A stretch of 59,242 nucleotides of DNA from positions 1 to 59,242 of the forward strand of contig CAYVTI010000010.1 in the NCBI GenBank assembly GCA_964454545.1. The letters are read 5' to 3'. Every line of letters starts with the position of its first letter. The stretch's first letter is position 1. The stretch is from an uncultured Rickettsiales bacterium. Its GTDB lineage: Bacteria; Pseudomonadota; Alphaproteobacteria; Rickettsiales; JABCZZ01. Shown here piece after piece: positions 9,536 to 19,543 of this stretch. Below the pieces are notes generated by a model. It had not been told where the DNA came from. It did not search any database and saw only the letters and a program-made list of their open reading frames with translations. A program made the position numbers and the translations under genes.

Positions 9536-10107
9536 AATGGTTTTACCAACATAAGAAGGGCTGAGTCGAACTTGATATGCGCGGATTCTGCTGCATCTAC
9601 GCTGTAGTAAATCTCAATCTGCGGCTTTGTCTCTATACTCAGCACGCATTTATGTACCCTCACGCAGTTGGTATTTGTAGAGATAGTGAGCATCTGAGCC
9701 TTATTCGCCGCATTACAGATAGTATCTATGTTGTTGTTTGAGATACCTTCCGCCAGAAACGCCATCTTGAACCCGGATATATTGGCAATATCTTTAACGT
9801 TCACCAACTTTGCAGTGATCGCTGTTTCGGGCAAGATTACCGTGCTTTTCTCATTTATATATTTCATGATAGATTCGGCATCGGTTTTGGATGCCGGATT
9901 GTCAGAATCGAAGATGACAGCGACAGCAGCAGAGGAGAATGCTTTCTCTTCCAGAAGAGTAAGCGCTTTCAGGCCAACATTAACAACGGTAGGTTCTGTT
10001 GCCTGTACGGGAAGACAAGTGGATATGAGAAGCATGAATACCAGCGCGGCTATCTTCACTCTCGCCGGGAACCGGCATGCGGAGCAGAATTGCATCCCAA
10101 ACCTCAT
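9532..10107 (-). CDS. YfiR/DUF4154-like periplasmic protein (tentative)
   Basis: 191 aa with a signal peptide and the alpha/beta-like pattern ...MLTISTN...H.CVLSIE......IYYS.DAAE...IKFDSALLMLVK, reminiscent of DUF4154. Overlaps the TonB-dependent receptor start by 4 nt. Confidence 0.45.
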   Translation of the reverse strand: MRFGMQFCSACRFPARVKIAALVFMLLISTCLPVQATEPTVVNVGLKALTLLEEKAFSSAAVAVIFDSDNPASKTDAESIMKYINEKSTVILPETAITAKLVNVKDIANISGFKMAFLAEGISNNNIDTICNAANKAQMLTISTNTNCVRVHKCVLSIETKPQIEIYYSVDAAESAHIKFDSALLMLVKPL

Positions 10108-10363
10108 ATAAAACTTTCCTGCTATCAGACAAAAAAAACGGCAACCATCAATGAGCTATTTTAATCTTCCCCCTTTTTGTTCACTGTGGTGACAAAATAA
10201 ACACACCGCTTGTAGGCGTGACCATTCTTTCCGTGTCATCTTCTTAACCCGAATAATGGATAAGACTTTAGACATCATTGCCGTCCCTGCCCTTCGCAGG
10301 GATAAACCCCAGCGGCAATCTTTGTTCAACAGCCAGTGACCTGTGATAGAAAGATTATTATGG

Positions 10364-10588
10364 TTATTTTTTGCTAGGCTCCGGCACCGGGTCATGACAA
10401 TGCTTACCGAGGGGATGGCAGCGCAGGATACGCTTTAAAGAAAGCCAGAACCCCTTTAATATCCCGTGCGTTCTCAGGGCTTCCATCGCATATTCCGAGC
10501 AGGTCGGCATAAACCGGCAGGCCGCAGGCAGGAGCGGTGACAGGAACCATTTATAGAAACGCAGGCCATATATAAGTAATATGCGCAT
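10364..10588 (-). CDS. yidD: Membrane protein insertion efficiency factor YidD
   Basis: [48 protein letters not shown] is the YidD signature. The ATG at 10586-10588 is preferred over the GTG at 10609. Confidence 0.85.
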   Translation of the reverse strand: MRILLIYGLRFYKWFLSPLLPAACRFMPTCSEYAMEALRTHGILKGFWLSLKRILRCHPLGKHCHDPVPEPSKK

Positions 10589-10695
10589 ATTTTTTGCTTG
10601 TAATATCACGTGAATAGCATTATAAAGCGGCAGTTAATAAAAGTAAGTAAAAAAGAAGGTGGGTCAAAAGCCCGCCTTTTTTGTTACCGACAGGA

Positions 10696-10750
10696 AGAGT
10701 TGAGTGGACAATTTTACTCAACTCTCAACCCTAATCGCTCAATTACTAGG
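10696..10750 (+). repeat. Hairpin (10-bp perfect stem agagttgagt/actcaactct) whose 3' arm continues as 5 tandem heptamers (actcaac tctcaac cctaatc gctcaat tactagg)
   Basis: Read directly. It ends 3 nt before the rimP ATG at 10754. The word agagttgagtg recurs at 12766. Confidence 0.7.
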
Positions 10751-10753
10751 CAT

Positions 10754-11233
10754 ATGATAGAAGATAAGGTTACTGAAATAATAGAGCCTTCCCTCGCCGG
10801 GATGGGCTATGATCTTGTGCAGATCCGCCTGCTCGAGGGCGGCAGGCGCACGTTGCAGATCATGGCCGAACGCACGGATGAGAAGACCATGACAGTGGAC
10901 GACTGCGCCGACATCAGCCGCACCGTCTCGGCTCTCCTTGACGTGGAAGACCCTATCAAGGGAGCCTATCACCTTGAAATCAGCTCGCCCGGCATTGACC
11001 GCCCATTGGTCAAAATGGGGGACTTTGAGCGCTTCAGCGGATACGAGGCAAAGCTCGAAACCAAACTGCCGATGGAAGGCCGCAAGAAGTTCAAGGGCAT
11101 GATCAAAGGCACGGAAGGAAAGAATATCCTGCTTGAGACGGACGAAGGGATGAGCGCAGCCATTCCTTTCGACATGATACGTTCCGCCAAGCTGGTGCTG
11201 ACGGATGAACTGATTAAACAACACACTAAATAA
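10754..11233 (+). CDS. rimP: Ribosome maturation factor RimP
   Basis: MIEDKVTEIIEPSLAGMGYDLV...L.I...........DDC...SR..S..LD..DPI...Y.LE.SSPG.DRPL is the RimP pattern, and nusA follows. The upstream ORF extension to 10610 is not conserved-looking. Confidence 0.85.
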   Translation: MIEDKVTEIIEPSLAGMGYDLVQIRLLEGGRRTLQIMAERTDEKTMTVDDCADISRTVSALLDVEDPIKGAYHLEISSPGIDRPLVKMGDFERFSGYEAKLETKLPMEGRKKFKGMIKGTEGKNILLETDEGMSAAIPFDMIRSAKLVLTDELIKQHTK

Positions 11234-11250
11234 CTACCAGAGGAAAAACT

Positions 11251-12762
11251 ATGGCTTTAGCTTTATCAACCAGCAGTAACACAGAAATCTTACAGATTGC
11301 CGACGCAGTCGCACGTGAAAAAGGCATAGGGCGCGATCAGGTGATCGAAGCGCTGGAAACCGCCATACAGGTTGCGGGACGGCGCAAATACGGCCACGAG
11401 CACAACATCAAAGCGGAAATCGACCGCAAGACCGGCGAGATCAAGCTCTACCGCGTTATCGACGTTGTGGAAACCGTGGAAAACGAAAGCACCCAGATAA
11501 CGCTTGCGGAAGCGAAGCGCCGCGACAAAACGCTGGAGATTGGCAGTGAGATCAGGGATCGCCTGCCTCCTATCGATATCGGCCGCATTTCCGCCCAGAC
11601 CGCGAAACAGGTCATCGTGCAGAAAGTACGTGATGCAGAGCGCGACAAGCAGTACGAAGAATATAAGGACCGCGTTGGGGAAATCATCAGCGGCACCGTC
11701 AAGCGCGTAGAATACAACAACGTGACAGTAGATTTCGGCCGTACGGAAGCGTTCCTGCGCCGTGACGAACTCATCCCGCGTGAAACTTTCCGCCAGGGAG
11801 ACCGCATACGCGCTTATGTCTATGATGTGCGCCGCGAAAAAACCGGCCCGCAGATTTTCCTGAGCCGCACGCGCCCGGAATTCATGGCGAAACTGTTTGC
11901 GCAGGAAGTGCCGGAAATCTATGACGGCATCATTGAAATCAAAGCCGTGGCACGCGATCCCGGGTCACGAGCAAAGATAGCCGTGTATTCTAAAGACTCC
12001 AACGTCAACCCGGTGCTTTCCTGCGTCGGTGTACGCGGCGCACGCGTGCAGGCGGTGGTTTCCGAACTGCAGGGAGAAAAGATCGACATCATTGAATGGT
12101 CGCCGGATCCGGCTACTTATGTCGTAAACGCCCTGTCATCCGCGGAAGTCAGTAAGGTGGTCATCGACGAGGCGAAAGAACGTATTGAAGTCGTGGTACC
12201 AGATGACCAGCTGAGCCTGGCCATTGGACGCCGCGGCCAGAATGTACGCCTGGCATCGCAGCTTGTCGGATGGAATATCGACATACTGACCGAAGAAGTC
12301 GAATCCAACCGCCGTGCGGAAGAATTCAACACGCTTTCCAAACTGTTCATCGATGCGCTGAACGTAGAGGAAGTCATCGCCCATCTTCTGGTGACGGAAG
12401 GGTTTACCACGGTGGAAGAAGTCGCATTCGTGCCGGTCGAGGATATGATCTCCATCGAAGGGTTTGATGAAAATGTGGCAAACGAACTGCGCACCCGCGC
12501 CCGTGATTACCTTGAATCCAAAAAGAAGGCCGAGGAAGAAAAACTTCGCATCCTTGGCATGGACGAAAAGCTTATCACGCTTGGCCTGTCAAACGAGGTG
12601 CTGGTGAAACTCGGCGAAAAGAAGATTCTTACGCTTGATGATTTCGCCGATCTGTCAAAAGACGAATTTATTGATCTTGTGCCAGATTCCCATTTGTCAC
12701 CTGAAGAAATTGATAGTATGATTATGAAAGCGCGTGCACATTGGTTCGACGAAGAAAAGTGA
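11251..12762 (+). CDS. nusA: Transcription termination/antitermination factor NusA
   Basis: 503 aa. Has the N-terminal ILQIADAVAREKGI, an S1 domain (GEIISGTVKRVE), KH motifs (AIGRRGQNVRLASQL.GW.IDI) and C-terminal acidic repeats. Confidence 0.95.
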   Translation: MALALSTSSNTEILQIADAVAREKGIGRDQVIEALETAIQVAGRRKYGHEHNIKAEIDRKTGEIKLYRVIDVVETVENESTQITLAEAKRRDKTLEIGSEIRDRLPPIDIGRISAQTAKQVIVQKVRDAERDKQYEEYKDRVGEIISGTVKRVEYNNVTVDFGRTEAFLRRDELIPRETFRQGDRIRAYVYDVRREKTGPQIFLSRTRPEFMAKLFAQEVPEIYDGIIEIKAVARDPGSRAKIAVYSKDSNVNPVLSCVGVRGARVQAVVSELQGEKIDIIEWSPDPATYVVNALSSAEVSKVVIDEAKERIEVVVPDDQLSLAIGRRGQNVRLASQLVGWNIDILTEEVESNRRAEEFNTLSKLFIDALNVEEVIAHLLVTEGFTTVEEVAFVPVEDMISIEGFDENVANELRTRARDYLESKKKAEEEKLRILGMDEKLITLGLSNEVLVKLGEKKILTLDDFADLSKDEFIDLVPDSHLSPEEIDSMIMKARAHWFDEEK

Positions 12763-12763
12763 C

Positions 12764-12784
12764 GAGAGTTGAGTGATCAGAGTT
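12764..12784. repeat. Tandem heptamers gagagtt gagtgat cagagtt; the last unit can pair with aactctg at 12799-12805
   Basis: Read directly. Starts 2 nt after the nusA stop codon. Confidence 0.6.
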
Positions 12785-12824
12785 TGGAATAAAGGCTGAA
12801 CTCTGGTTGCAGTCATTTTAAATT

Positions 12825-12859
12825 GACTACTCGCCACTCGCTACTAACCACCAGTCACT
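12825..12859. repeat. Degenerate tandem heptamer array, 5 units (gactact cgccact cgctact aaccacc agtcact)
   Basis: Read directly. Ends 10 nt before the infB ATG at 12870. Confidence 0.7.
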
Positions 12860-12869
12860 TAAGAGATTT

Positions 12870-15383
12870 ATGAACGATACCACGAAAAAAGATCAACTGA
12901 CGATGACGCGCCCGAGCCGTCTGGAACTGACCAAAACCGTCGAGAGCGGCAAGGTTAAGCAGAATTTCCAGCATGGCCGCTCCAAAACCGTGACGGTAGA
13001 AGTACGCAAAACCCGTACCTTTACCGCCAATGACGGCGGCGGCATGGTTGAACTGAAAAAACCCGGCGGCACGCTGCAGGAACAGGCGGAAAAATCGCTG
13101 TTCGGCGAACAGGCCATAGAAGAGGATACAACGCTTACTTCGGAAGAAAAACAGTCACGCCTGCGTGCGCTTGAACATGCAAAATTGCGCCCAGCCAAAG
13201 AAACGAAATCTTCCCAACATCCCTCAAAATCGATAACAGCGGACATACCTCCAGCGCCTGCCCCGGCCATCTATGACAAAAAATCCATCAAGGAAATAGT
13301 ATTCGAGGAAGAAACGGCGGAAAAATCCGCGCGCGGCGGCGAACAGAAACAGAATATTGTCAAGCCGGTTACCAGTAAGCACGTGACCAAAACGCCCTCC
13401 TTCCAGGTTGAGGAAGATGGCGGAGCAGTTTCGGAAGCCAAGCCTTCAAAGATGAAACTTCGCCGCGGTGACGAGGAAAGGCGCAGCTCCGGCAAGATAA
13501 CCGTAAACCAGGCGCTCAGCATGACGGAAGAGCGCGTACGCAGCCTTGCTTCCTTGCGCCGCCAGCGGGAAAAGGCGAAACGCGCCGAAATTGGCAAATC
13601 CTCCTCCGCATCCCAGGAAAAGATTATACGCGAAGTGGTCATCCCCGAAGCCATTACCGTGCAGGAGCTCGCCAACCGTATGGCTGAGCGCGCCGTAGAC
13701 GTGGTGAAGATGCTGATGAAAATGGGAACAATGGTAACCGTGAATCAGAGCATTGATGCCGATACCGCAGAGCTTATTGTGACCGAATTCGGCCACAAGA
13801 TAAAACGCGTGGCGGAAAGTGATGTTGAGAATGTGCTCAAGAATGAGGACAAGCAGGATGATCCGGCCTCGCTCAAGTCCCGCGCTCCGGTCGTTACCAT
13901 CATGGGGCATGTGGATCACGGAAAAACCTCGCTGCTCGATGCGCTGCGCAAGACAGACGTAGCCGCTACGGAAGCCGGAGGCATCACGCAGCATATCGGC
14001 GCATACCAGGTGCAGCTTGGCAACCATCAGAAGATAACCTTCCTCGACACGCCGGGCCATGAGGCCTTTACTTCGATGCGCGCGCGCGGTGCGAAGATCA
14101 CCGATATCGTCGTGCTGGTCGTTGCGGCGGACGATGGAATCATGGAACAGACAAAGGAAGCCATCAGCCACGCCAAAGCCGCAGGCGTGCCGATCATAGT
14201 GGCAATCAATAAAATCGACAAGCAGGGCGCCGACGCAGGACGCGTAAAGAACGAGCTCATGCAATACGAACTCGTCCCTGAGGAATACGGCGGCGATGTT
14301 ATCGTATCCGAAGTGTCCGCAAAAACCGGACAGGGACTGGACAAACTGGAAGAGTCCATTCTTCTGCAGGCGGAGGTACTCGAACTCAAGGCTAACCCGA
14401 ATCGCATGGCAAACGGTGCAGTGGTCGAAGCCAAAATCGATCGCGGCCGCGGCGTTGTTGCGACACTGCTTGTACAGAAAGGAACCCTGCGTGTTGGGGA
14501 CATCGTAGTCGCCGGTGGCAGCTACGGCAAAGTGCGCGCCATTATTGATGATAAGGGACGCACGATCGAGGAAGCACGCCCGTCATTGCCCGTCGAGATA
14601 CTCGGTCTTACCGGGATACCGGAAGCGGGTGACGAATTTGCCGTGGTCGAAAATGAAAAGATCGCGCGCGATATTACCGAATACCGCCAGCAACGTACGC
14701 GCACCGCCCAATCGGTGCTCGCGACCAAGTCACTTGAAAGCCTTTTTGCCGCCTCCTCCGCGAACAAGGCGAAGGAACTGGCTATCATCATTAAATCGGA
14801 CGTGCATGGTTCCGCTGAGGCCATTGCACAGAGCATGCAGAAATTCTCAAGCGAAGAAGTTACGGTCCGCGTGCTGCATTCCGGCGTTGGCGCGATTACC
14901 GAATCGGATGTGACGCTGGCCCACGCCACCCATTCGCTGATCATCGGGTTCAACGTCCGCGCTACCGCGCAGGCGCGCGAAATGGCGGCACGCGACAAGG
15001 TGAATATCCGTTACTACTCGGTTATCTATGATGTCGTGGAAGATATAAAAGCCGCCCTCTCCGGCATGCTCTCTCCGACACTGAAGGAAAACTTCCTCGG
15101 CTATGCCGAAATACGCGAAGTGTTCAATCTCAGCAAGGCAGGCAAGGTAGCAGGTTGCATGGTCACGGAAGGCATAGTGAAGCGCGGCGCGAAAGTGCGC
15201 CTGTTGCGTGACAACGTGGTCATCCATAACGGCACGCTTAAAACGCTCAAGCGCTTCAAGGATGACGTGAAGGAAGTAAGCCGTGGCATGGAATGTGGCA
15301 TGGCGTTTGAGAATTATGATGACATCCGCGCCGGAGACATCATTGAAGCTTACGAGATTGAGGAAGTCGCCAGGACGGTATAA
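12870..15383 (+). CDS. infB: Translation initiation factor IF-2
   Basis: 837 aa. GTPase motifs are [17 protein letters not shown] and NKID. The charged N-terminal region and the position after nusA also fit. Confidence 0.95.
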   Translation: MNDTTKKDQLTMTRPSRLELTKTVESGKVKQNFQHGRSKTVTVEVRKTRTFTANDGGGMVELKKPGGTLQEQAEKSLFGEQAIEEDTTLTSEEKQSRLRALEHAKLRPAKETKSSQHPSKSITADIPPAPAPAIYDKKSIKEIVFEEETAEKSARGGEQKQNIVKPVTSKHVTKTPSFQVEEDGGAVSEAKPSKMKLRRGDEERRSSGKITVNQALSMTEERVRSLASLRRQREKAKRAEIGKSSSASQEKIIREVVIPEAITVQELANRMAERAVDVVKMLMKMGTMVTVNQSIDADTAELIVTEFGHKIKRVAESDVENVLKNEDKQDDPASLKSRAPVVTIMGHVDHGKTSLLDALRKTDVAATEAGGITQHIGAYQVQLGNHQKITFLDTPGHEAFTSMRARGAKITDIVVLVVAADDGIMEQTKEAISHAKAAGVPIIVAINKIDKQGADAGRVKNELMQYELVPEEYGGDVIVSEVSAKTGQGLDKLEESILLQAEVLELKANPNRMANGAVVEAKIDRGRGVVATLLVQKGTLRVGDIVVAGGSYGKVRAIIDDKGRTIEEARPSLPVEILGLTGIPEAGDEFAVVENEKIARDITEYRQQRTRTAQSVLATKSLESLFAASSANKAKELAIIIKSDVHGSAEAIAQSMQKFSSEEVTVRVLHSGVGAITESDVTLAHATHSLIIGFNVRATAQAREMAARDKVNIRYYSVIYDVVEDIKAALSGMLSPTLKENFLGYAEIREVFNLSKAGKVAGCMVTEGIVKRGAKVRLLRDNVVIHNGTLKTLKRFKDDVKEVSRGMECGMAFENYDDIRAGDIIEAYEIEEVARTV

Positions 15384-15384
15384 T

Positions 15385-15768
15385 ATGTCATCAAAGCCCC
15401 CCAACCAGCGCCAGTTGCGTGTAGGCGAGGAAATACGCCATGTCCTTGCGGATATCTTCATGCGCGGCGAATGCCATGACAAAGATATAACAGGCACCCC
15501 TATCACTGTTTCAGAAGTGCGTATCAGCCCGGATCTAAAGAACGCCACGGCTTATGTAATGCCGCTCGGTGGAATGAATATTGAAACCGTCATGACGGCC
15601 CTTCTGCGCAATTCCTCCATCCTTCGCAAGCTGGTTTCCGACAGGATGAAACTGCGCTACGCCCCACGCATTACCTTCCGGCTGGATAACTCCTTCGAGG
15701 AAGCCCAGAGGATAGAAATCCTGCTCAACAGCCCTGAAGTGGCGAGGGATCTGGAGAAGAATAAATAG
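15385..15768 (+). CDS. rbfA: Ribosome-binding factor A
   Basis: MSSKPPNQRQLRVGEEIRHVLADIF...ITVSEVRISPDLKNATAYV...R..P...F..D matches RbfA. The ATG lies 1 nt after the infB stop. Confidence 0.9.
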   Translation: MSSKPPNQRQLRVGEEIRHVLADIFMRGECHDKDITGTPITVSEVRISPDLKNATAYVMPLGGMNIETVMTALLRNSSILRKLVSDRMKLRYAPRITFRLDNSFEEAQRIEILLNSPEVARDLEKNK

Positions 15769-15770
15769 TA

Positions 15771-15805
15771 GTGACAGGTTGCAAGTTTCCAGTTGCAAGT
15801 AAGGA
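15771..15805. repeat. Degenerate tandem heptamer array, 5 units (gtgacag gttgcaa gtttcca gttgcaa gtaagga)
   Basis: Read directly. It fills the rbfA-truB spacer, and the last unit carries the likely Shine-Dalgarno sequence (aagga) for truB. Confidence 0.7.
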
Positions 15806-15810
15806 TTACC

Positions 15811-16716
15811 ATGAATCCCAAGAAATTTTCATACAACCTGCAACTCAATAACGGCTTTCTCATCCTCGACAAACCGACCGGCATTTCATCCGCCAAGGCC
15901 GTCTCAATCGTAAAGCATCTGTTGAAGTGTAAAAAGATCGGTCATTGTGGAACGCTTGATCCCCTCGCTTCGGGCATTCTTCCGCTTGCCATCGGCGAAG
16001 CGACCAAAGCCGCCGACTATGTCATGGGCAATGCCAAGGAATATATTTTTACCATCGCTTTTGGAGAGGAACGCTCAACGGATGACTGTGAAGGCAGCAT
16101 GACCGCAACAACCCCCATTATTCCAGGCCGGGAAGAAATATTGGGTGTGTTGCCTGAGTTTACCGGACGTATCATGCAGGCTCCACCCGCCTATTCCGCG
16201 ATCAAGGTAAACGGGGAGCGGGCATATAAGCTGGCAAGGTCCGGAGAAAATGTGGAAATGACGCCACGCGAGATAGAAATATATGATTTACAATTACTTG
16301 CAATATGCAACATGCAACATGCAACTTTCTCCGTTACCTGTGGGAAAGGCACCTATGTCCGCTCGCTTGCACGGGATATTGCAAGAAAATGCAATAGTTT
16401 AGGATATATATCGGCTTTAAGGCGAGTATCCGTAGGCAAATTTCACGAGAAGGATGCGATTTCGCTGGATAAATTACCGGAACTTGTGCATAATGCGCCG
16501 CTGCTTAAGGTATGGGTACCGATCGAATTGGCGCTGGACGACATCCCGGCAATCGATCTGCACCCGGATCAGGCACAGGCTTTACGCCATGGAAAAACCA
16601 TCCTTATGAATAAGCCGGATGGAAACTATATGGCGCTCTTTCAAGGTCAGATACTGGCATTGGCGGAAGTAACAGCTGGTGTGCTGCGATCCAAGCGCAT
16701 ATTTAACATTCATTAA
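15811..16716 (+). CDS. truB: tRNA pseudouridine(55) synthase TruB
   Basis: NGFLILDKPTGISS......V.........GHCGTLDPLASGILPLAIGEATK and CGKGTYVRSLARDI motifs. The ATG at 15811 is preferred to the TTG at 15793. Confidence 0.9.
   Translation: MNPKKFSYNLQLNNGFLILDKPTGISSAKAVSIVKHLLKCKKIGHCGTLDPLASGILPLAIGEATKAADYVMGNAKEYIFTIAFGEERSTDDCEGSMTATTPIIPGREEILGVLPEFTGRIMQAPPAYSAIKVNGERAYKLARSGENVEMTPREIEIYDLQLLAICNMQHATFSVTCGKGTYVRSLARDIARKCNSLGYISALRRVSVGKFHEKDAISLDKLPELVHNAPLLKVWVPIELALDDIPAIDLHPDQAQALRHGKTILMNKPDGNYMALFQGQILALAEVTAGVLRSKRIFNIH
16298..16325. repeat. Heptamer array inside truB: ttgcaat then three perfect copies of atgcaac
   Basis: Read directly (16305-16325 = atgcaac x3, 21 nt, in frame). 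It encodes ...AICNMQHAT... in a variable segment before the CGKGTY motif. Confidence 0.75.
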
Positions 16717-16730
16717 AGGAGAGTTTGACG

Positions 16731-17000
16731 ATGTCGATTGCACCTGAAAAAAAGGGTAAGGTTATTAAGGAATTTGCCACCTCGAAGAATGATACCGGCT
16801 CGCCGGAAATCCAGGTTGCGCTGCTTACCGAGCGCATCAATAATTTGTCCAAGCATTTTGAAGTGCATCTCAAGGATCACCATTCGCGCCACGGCCTGAT
16901 TAAAATGGTCGGACAGCGCAAGCGCCTGCTCGAATACCTGAAGCGCTCCAATTTTGATTCTTATTCAGCGGTGATCAAGAAATTGGGCTTAAGAAAATAA
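16731..17000 (+). CDS. rpsO: 30S ribosomal protein S15
   Basis: MSIAPEKKGKVIKEFATSKNDTGSPEIQVALLTERINNLSKHF..H.KDHHSR.GL..MVGQRKRLL.YL matches S15. Confidence 0.95.
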   Translation: MSIAPEKKGKVIKEFATSKNDTGSPEIQVALLTERINNLSKHFEVHLKDHHSRHGLIKMVGQRKRLLEYLKRSNFDSYSAVIKKLGLRK

Positions 17001-17014
17001 TCAGACTGTTTATT

Positions 17015-17046
17015 CCCGCCATTCCAGGAATGGCGGGAGGTTTTGG
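17015..17046 (+). terminator. rpsO terminator / pnp leader hairpin
   Basis: cccgccatt-ccagg-aatggcggg is a 9-bp GC-rich stem followed by aggttttgg, 15 nt after the rpsO stop. An attenuating hairpin between rpsO and pnp is well known in E. coli. Confidence 0.65.
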
Positions 17047-17124
17047 ATGGGCAACTCTCCCCTGCCTGTTTGGATTGATGGTTGGAATTGTATGAACAGG
17101 GGACGTTAGAAAAAGGATAAATCA

Positions 17125-19254
17125 ATGTTTAAAATTGCTAAAAGACAAGTCCAGTGGGGTAATAATACTCTCACGCTGGAAACCGGGAAAATTGCACGTC
17201 AGGCCGACGGGGCGGTGCTTGCCACCTATGGCCAGACGATGGTGCTTTGCACCGTGGTAGGTCAGAAAAAAGTTAATCCCGATATGGATTTCTTCCCGCT
17301 TACCGTAAACTACCAGGAAAAGACTTTCGCCGCCGGTAAAATCCCAGGCGGCTTTTTCAAGCGCGAAGGGCGCCCATCCGAAAAGGAAGTGCTGACCTCC
17401 CGTTTGATCGACAGGCCTATCCGCCCGCTTTTCCCGGACGGTTTCTTCAATGAAGTGCAGGTAGTCTGTACTCTTCTTTCTTATGATTTGGAAAACGATC
17501 CAGATGTCGTAGCGCTCGTCGGCGCATCCGCCGCGCTCACCCTTTCCGGCATCCCGTTCATGGGCCCCATTGCCGGTGGCCGTGTTGGCTATATCGATGG
17601 CCAGTACGCGCTCAACCCAACGAAGAGCGAGCTTAAAAACAGCAAGCTGGACCTCGTGGTCGCAGGCACGCAGAGCTCGGTGCTCATGGTGGAATCGGAA
17701 GCGCAGGAACTCTCCGAAGAAGTGATGCTGGGTGCCGTGATGGCAGGCCATAAAGGCTTCCAGCCGGTGATTGACGCTATCATCTCCCTGGCTGAAGAAG
17801 CGGCCAAGGATCCGTGGGAACTGGCAGCCAATCCGCAGGAAGATGAAATCAAAGCTCAGCTTAAGGCCACAGGCGAAGCGAAGCTCCGCGAAGCTTTCAA
17901 GATTAAAGGCAAGCAGGAACGTTCCAACCGCCTCGATGAAATCAAGAAGGAAATCTGCACTCCCCTGGTAGAGGCAGGCGCTTCCGCAGTGCAGGCGAAC
18001 CGTCTCTTCAAGGCGCTGGAAAGCGAAGTGGTGCGTCATGATATGGTGACCACCAAAAAGCGCATCGACGGACGCGGCGAAGCCGACATCCGTCCAATCG
18101 TCGCCGAAGTAGGAGTGCTGCCGAAAGTACACGGCGCAGCGCTCTTTACCCGCGGTGAAACGCAGGCGCTTGTGGTTGCCACGCTCGGCACCAGCATGGA
18201 TGAGCAGATCATCGACGCGCTGGAAGGAGAGTATAAAGAGTCTTTTATGCTTCATTACAACTTCCCGCCCTACTCGGTCGGCGAAGTGGGCCGCCTCGGT
18301 TCTCCGGGACGCCGTGAAATCGGGCATGGTAAGCTTGCATGGCGCGCCATTCACCCGCTCATGCCGGTGAAGGACAATTTTCCCTACACTATCCGTGTCG
18401 TTTCCGAGATCACGGAATCGAATGGTTCATCTTCTATGGCAACCGTCTGCGGCACCTCGCTCGCGCTGATGGATGCAGGTGTTCCCCTTTCCCGTCCGGT
18501 TGCTGGCATCGCAATGGGATTGATCAAGGAGAAGGAAAAATTCGTCGTCCTCTCTGATATCATGGGCGATGAAGATCACCTTGGCGATATGGATTTCAAG
18601 GTAGCCGGAACCGAAAGCGGTATCACTGCCCTGCAGATGGATATCAAAATCAACGGCATTACCGAAGAAATCATGAGAGTGGCGCTTACGCAGGCTCAGG
18701 CCGGCCGCAAGCATATTCTCGGCGAAATGGCGAAAGCTTTGACCACCTCCCGTGGCACCGTCAATGACAACGCGCCGCGCATTACCACCATATCGATCCC
18801 GAAGGATAAAATCCGCGAAGTGATCGGCACCGGCGGAAAAGTAATCCGTGAGATCGTGGAGAAAACCGGAGCCAAGGTGGATATCGAGGATGATGGCACC
18901 GTCAGGGTGGCTGCCGTTAACAGCGAGCAGGGCAAAGCCGCGCTCGACTGGATTAACAGCATCGTGGCTGAAGCTGAAATCGGCAAGATTTATGCCGGTA
19001 AAGTTGTACGTATCGTGGATTTTGGCGCGTTCGTCAATTTCCTCGGCAGCAAGGACGGCCTCGTGCATATCAGCGAAATGGCCGATCACCGCGTCAACAA
19101 GGTGACCGATGTCGTCAATGAAGGCGATATGGTGAAAGTCAAGGTCATCGACATCGAACGCGGCAAAGTGCGCCTCTCCATGAGAGTAGTCGACCAGCAG
19201 ACCGGTGAGGACATCACGGACCGCGTCGGCCAGTCCAGAAAGAAACAGGCGTAA
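17125..19254 (+). CDS. pnp: Polyribonucleotide nucleotidyltransferase (PNPase)
   Basis: 709 aa. Two RNase PH-like domains ([18 protein letters not shown]), a KH domain ([11 protein letters not shown]) and an S1 domain ([13 protein letters not shown]). Confidence 0.97.
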   Translation: MFKIAKRQVQWGNNTLTLETGKIARQADGAVLATYGQTMVLCTVVGQKKVNPDMDFFPLTVNYQEKTFAAGKIPGGFFKREGRPSEKEVLTSRLIDRPIRPLFPDGFFNEVQVVCTLLSYDLENDPDVVALVGASAALTLSGIPFMGPIAGGRVGYIDGQYALNPTKSELKNSKLDLVVAGTQSSVLMVESEAQELSEEVMLGAVMAGHKGFQPVIDAIISLAEEAAKDPWELAANPQEDEIKAQLKATGEAKLREAFKIKGKQERSNRLDEIKKEICTPLVEAGASAVQANRLFKALESEVVRHDMVTTKKRIDGRGEADIRPIVAEVGVLPKVHGAALFTRGETQALVVATLGTSMDEQIIDALEGEYKESFMLHYNFPPYSVGEVGRLGSPGRREIGHGKLAWRAIHPLMPVKDNFPYTIRVVSEITESNGSSSMATVCGTSLALMDAGVPLSRPVAGIAMGLIKEKEKFVVLSDIMGDEDHLGDMDFKVAGTESGITALQMDIKINGITEEIMRVALTQAQAGRKHILGEMAKALTTSRGTVNDNAPRITTISIPKDKIREVIGTGGKVIREIVEKTGAKVDIEDDGTVRVAAVNSEQGKAALDWINSIVAEAEIGKIYAGKVVRIVDFGAFVNFLGSKDGLVHISEMADHRVNKVTDVVNEGDMVKVKVIDIERGKVRLSMRVVDQQTGEDITDRVGQSRKKQA

Positions 19255-19264
19255 CATAAGACAT

Positions 19265-19293
19265 GCTCCCGCACGAAAGCCGCGTGCGGGAGC
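19265..19293 (+). terminator. Hairpin after pnp (11-bp stem gctcccgcacg/cgtgcgggagc, 7-nt loop)
   Basis: Read directly. Begins 11 nt after the pnp stop. The trailing T-tract is weak (aatctta). Confidence 0.55.
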
Positions 19294-19499
19294 AATCTTA
19301 TCTGCCAGCCAGCATAAGCGGAACTGGCGCTCTGGCTATATCTATTATTTTGATATCCGCTTCAGCATCCTGATTAACGAGACGTATGGCCTCAGAGCCA
19401 TAGCTGTTCGCAGGAGCATATTCTGAGAGTGCGCTCACGGCCAGAAATGTAGCAAACGACAGCTTGTTTTCTTCCACACAGCCTCCTGTACTGGGTCTA

Positions 19500-19543
19500 A
19501 ATAAAAGCTTTGCAGGGGGATCACGTCATGCAAAGCTTTTATT
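19500..19543 (-). terminator. 15-bp perfect inverted repeat (aataaaagctttgca ... tgcaaagcttttatt) overlapping the stop of the 19539-19847 ORF
   Basis: Read directly; the loop is 14 nt. The arms are A/T-rich, so it could act as a terminator in either direction. Confidence 0.45.

Noticed and set aside
10108-10363. Cobalamin riboswitch or Fur box upstream of the receptor operon
   Set aside because: I found no B12-box-like core, and only a poor partial resemblance to a Fur box (aataatggataag). This is insufficient to call.
10156-10395. 79-aa minus-strand ORF in the yfiR-yidD spacer
   Set aside because: It overlaps the 3' end of yidD, has no Shine-Dalgarno sequence and has a basic, low-complexity translation. 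The region is more likely an untranslated leader.
17122-18354. 410-aa ORF antisense to pnp
   Set aside because: It lies entirely opposite the unmistakable PNPase gene. Its composition is His/Arg/Ala/Phe-rich with no motifs, which is typical of a shadow frame of a well-conserved gene.
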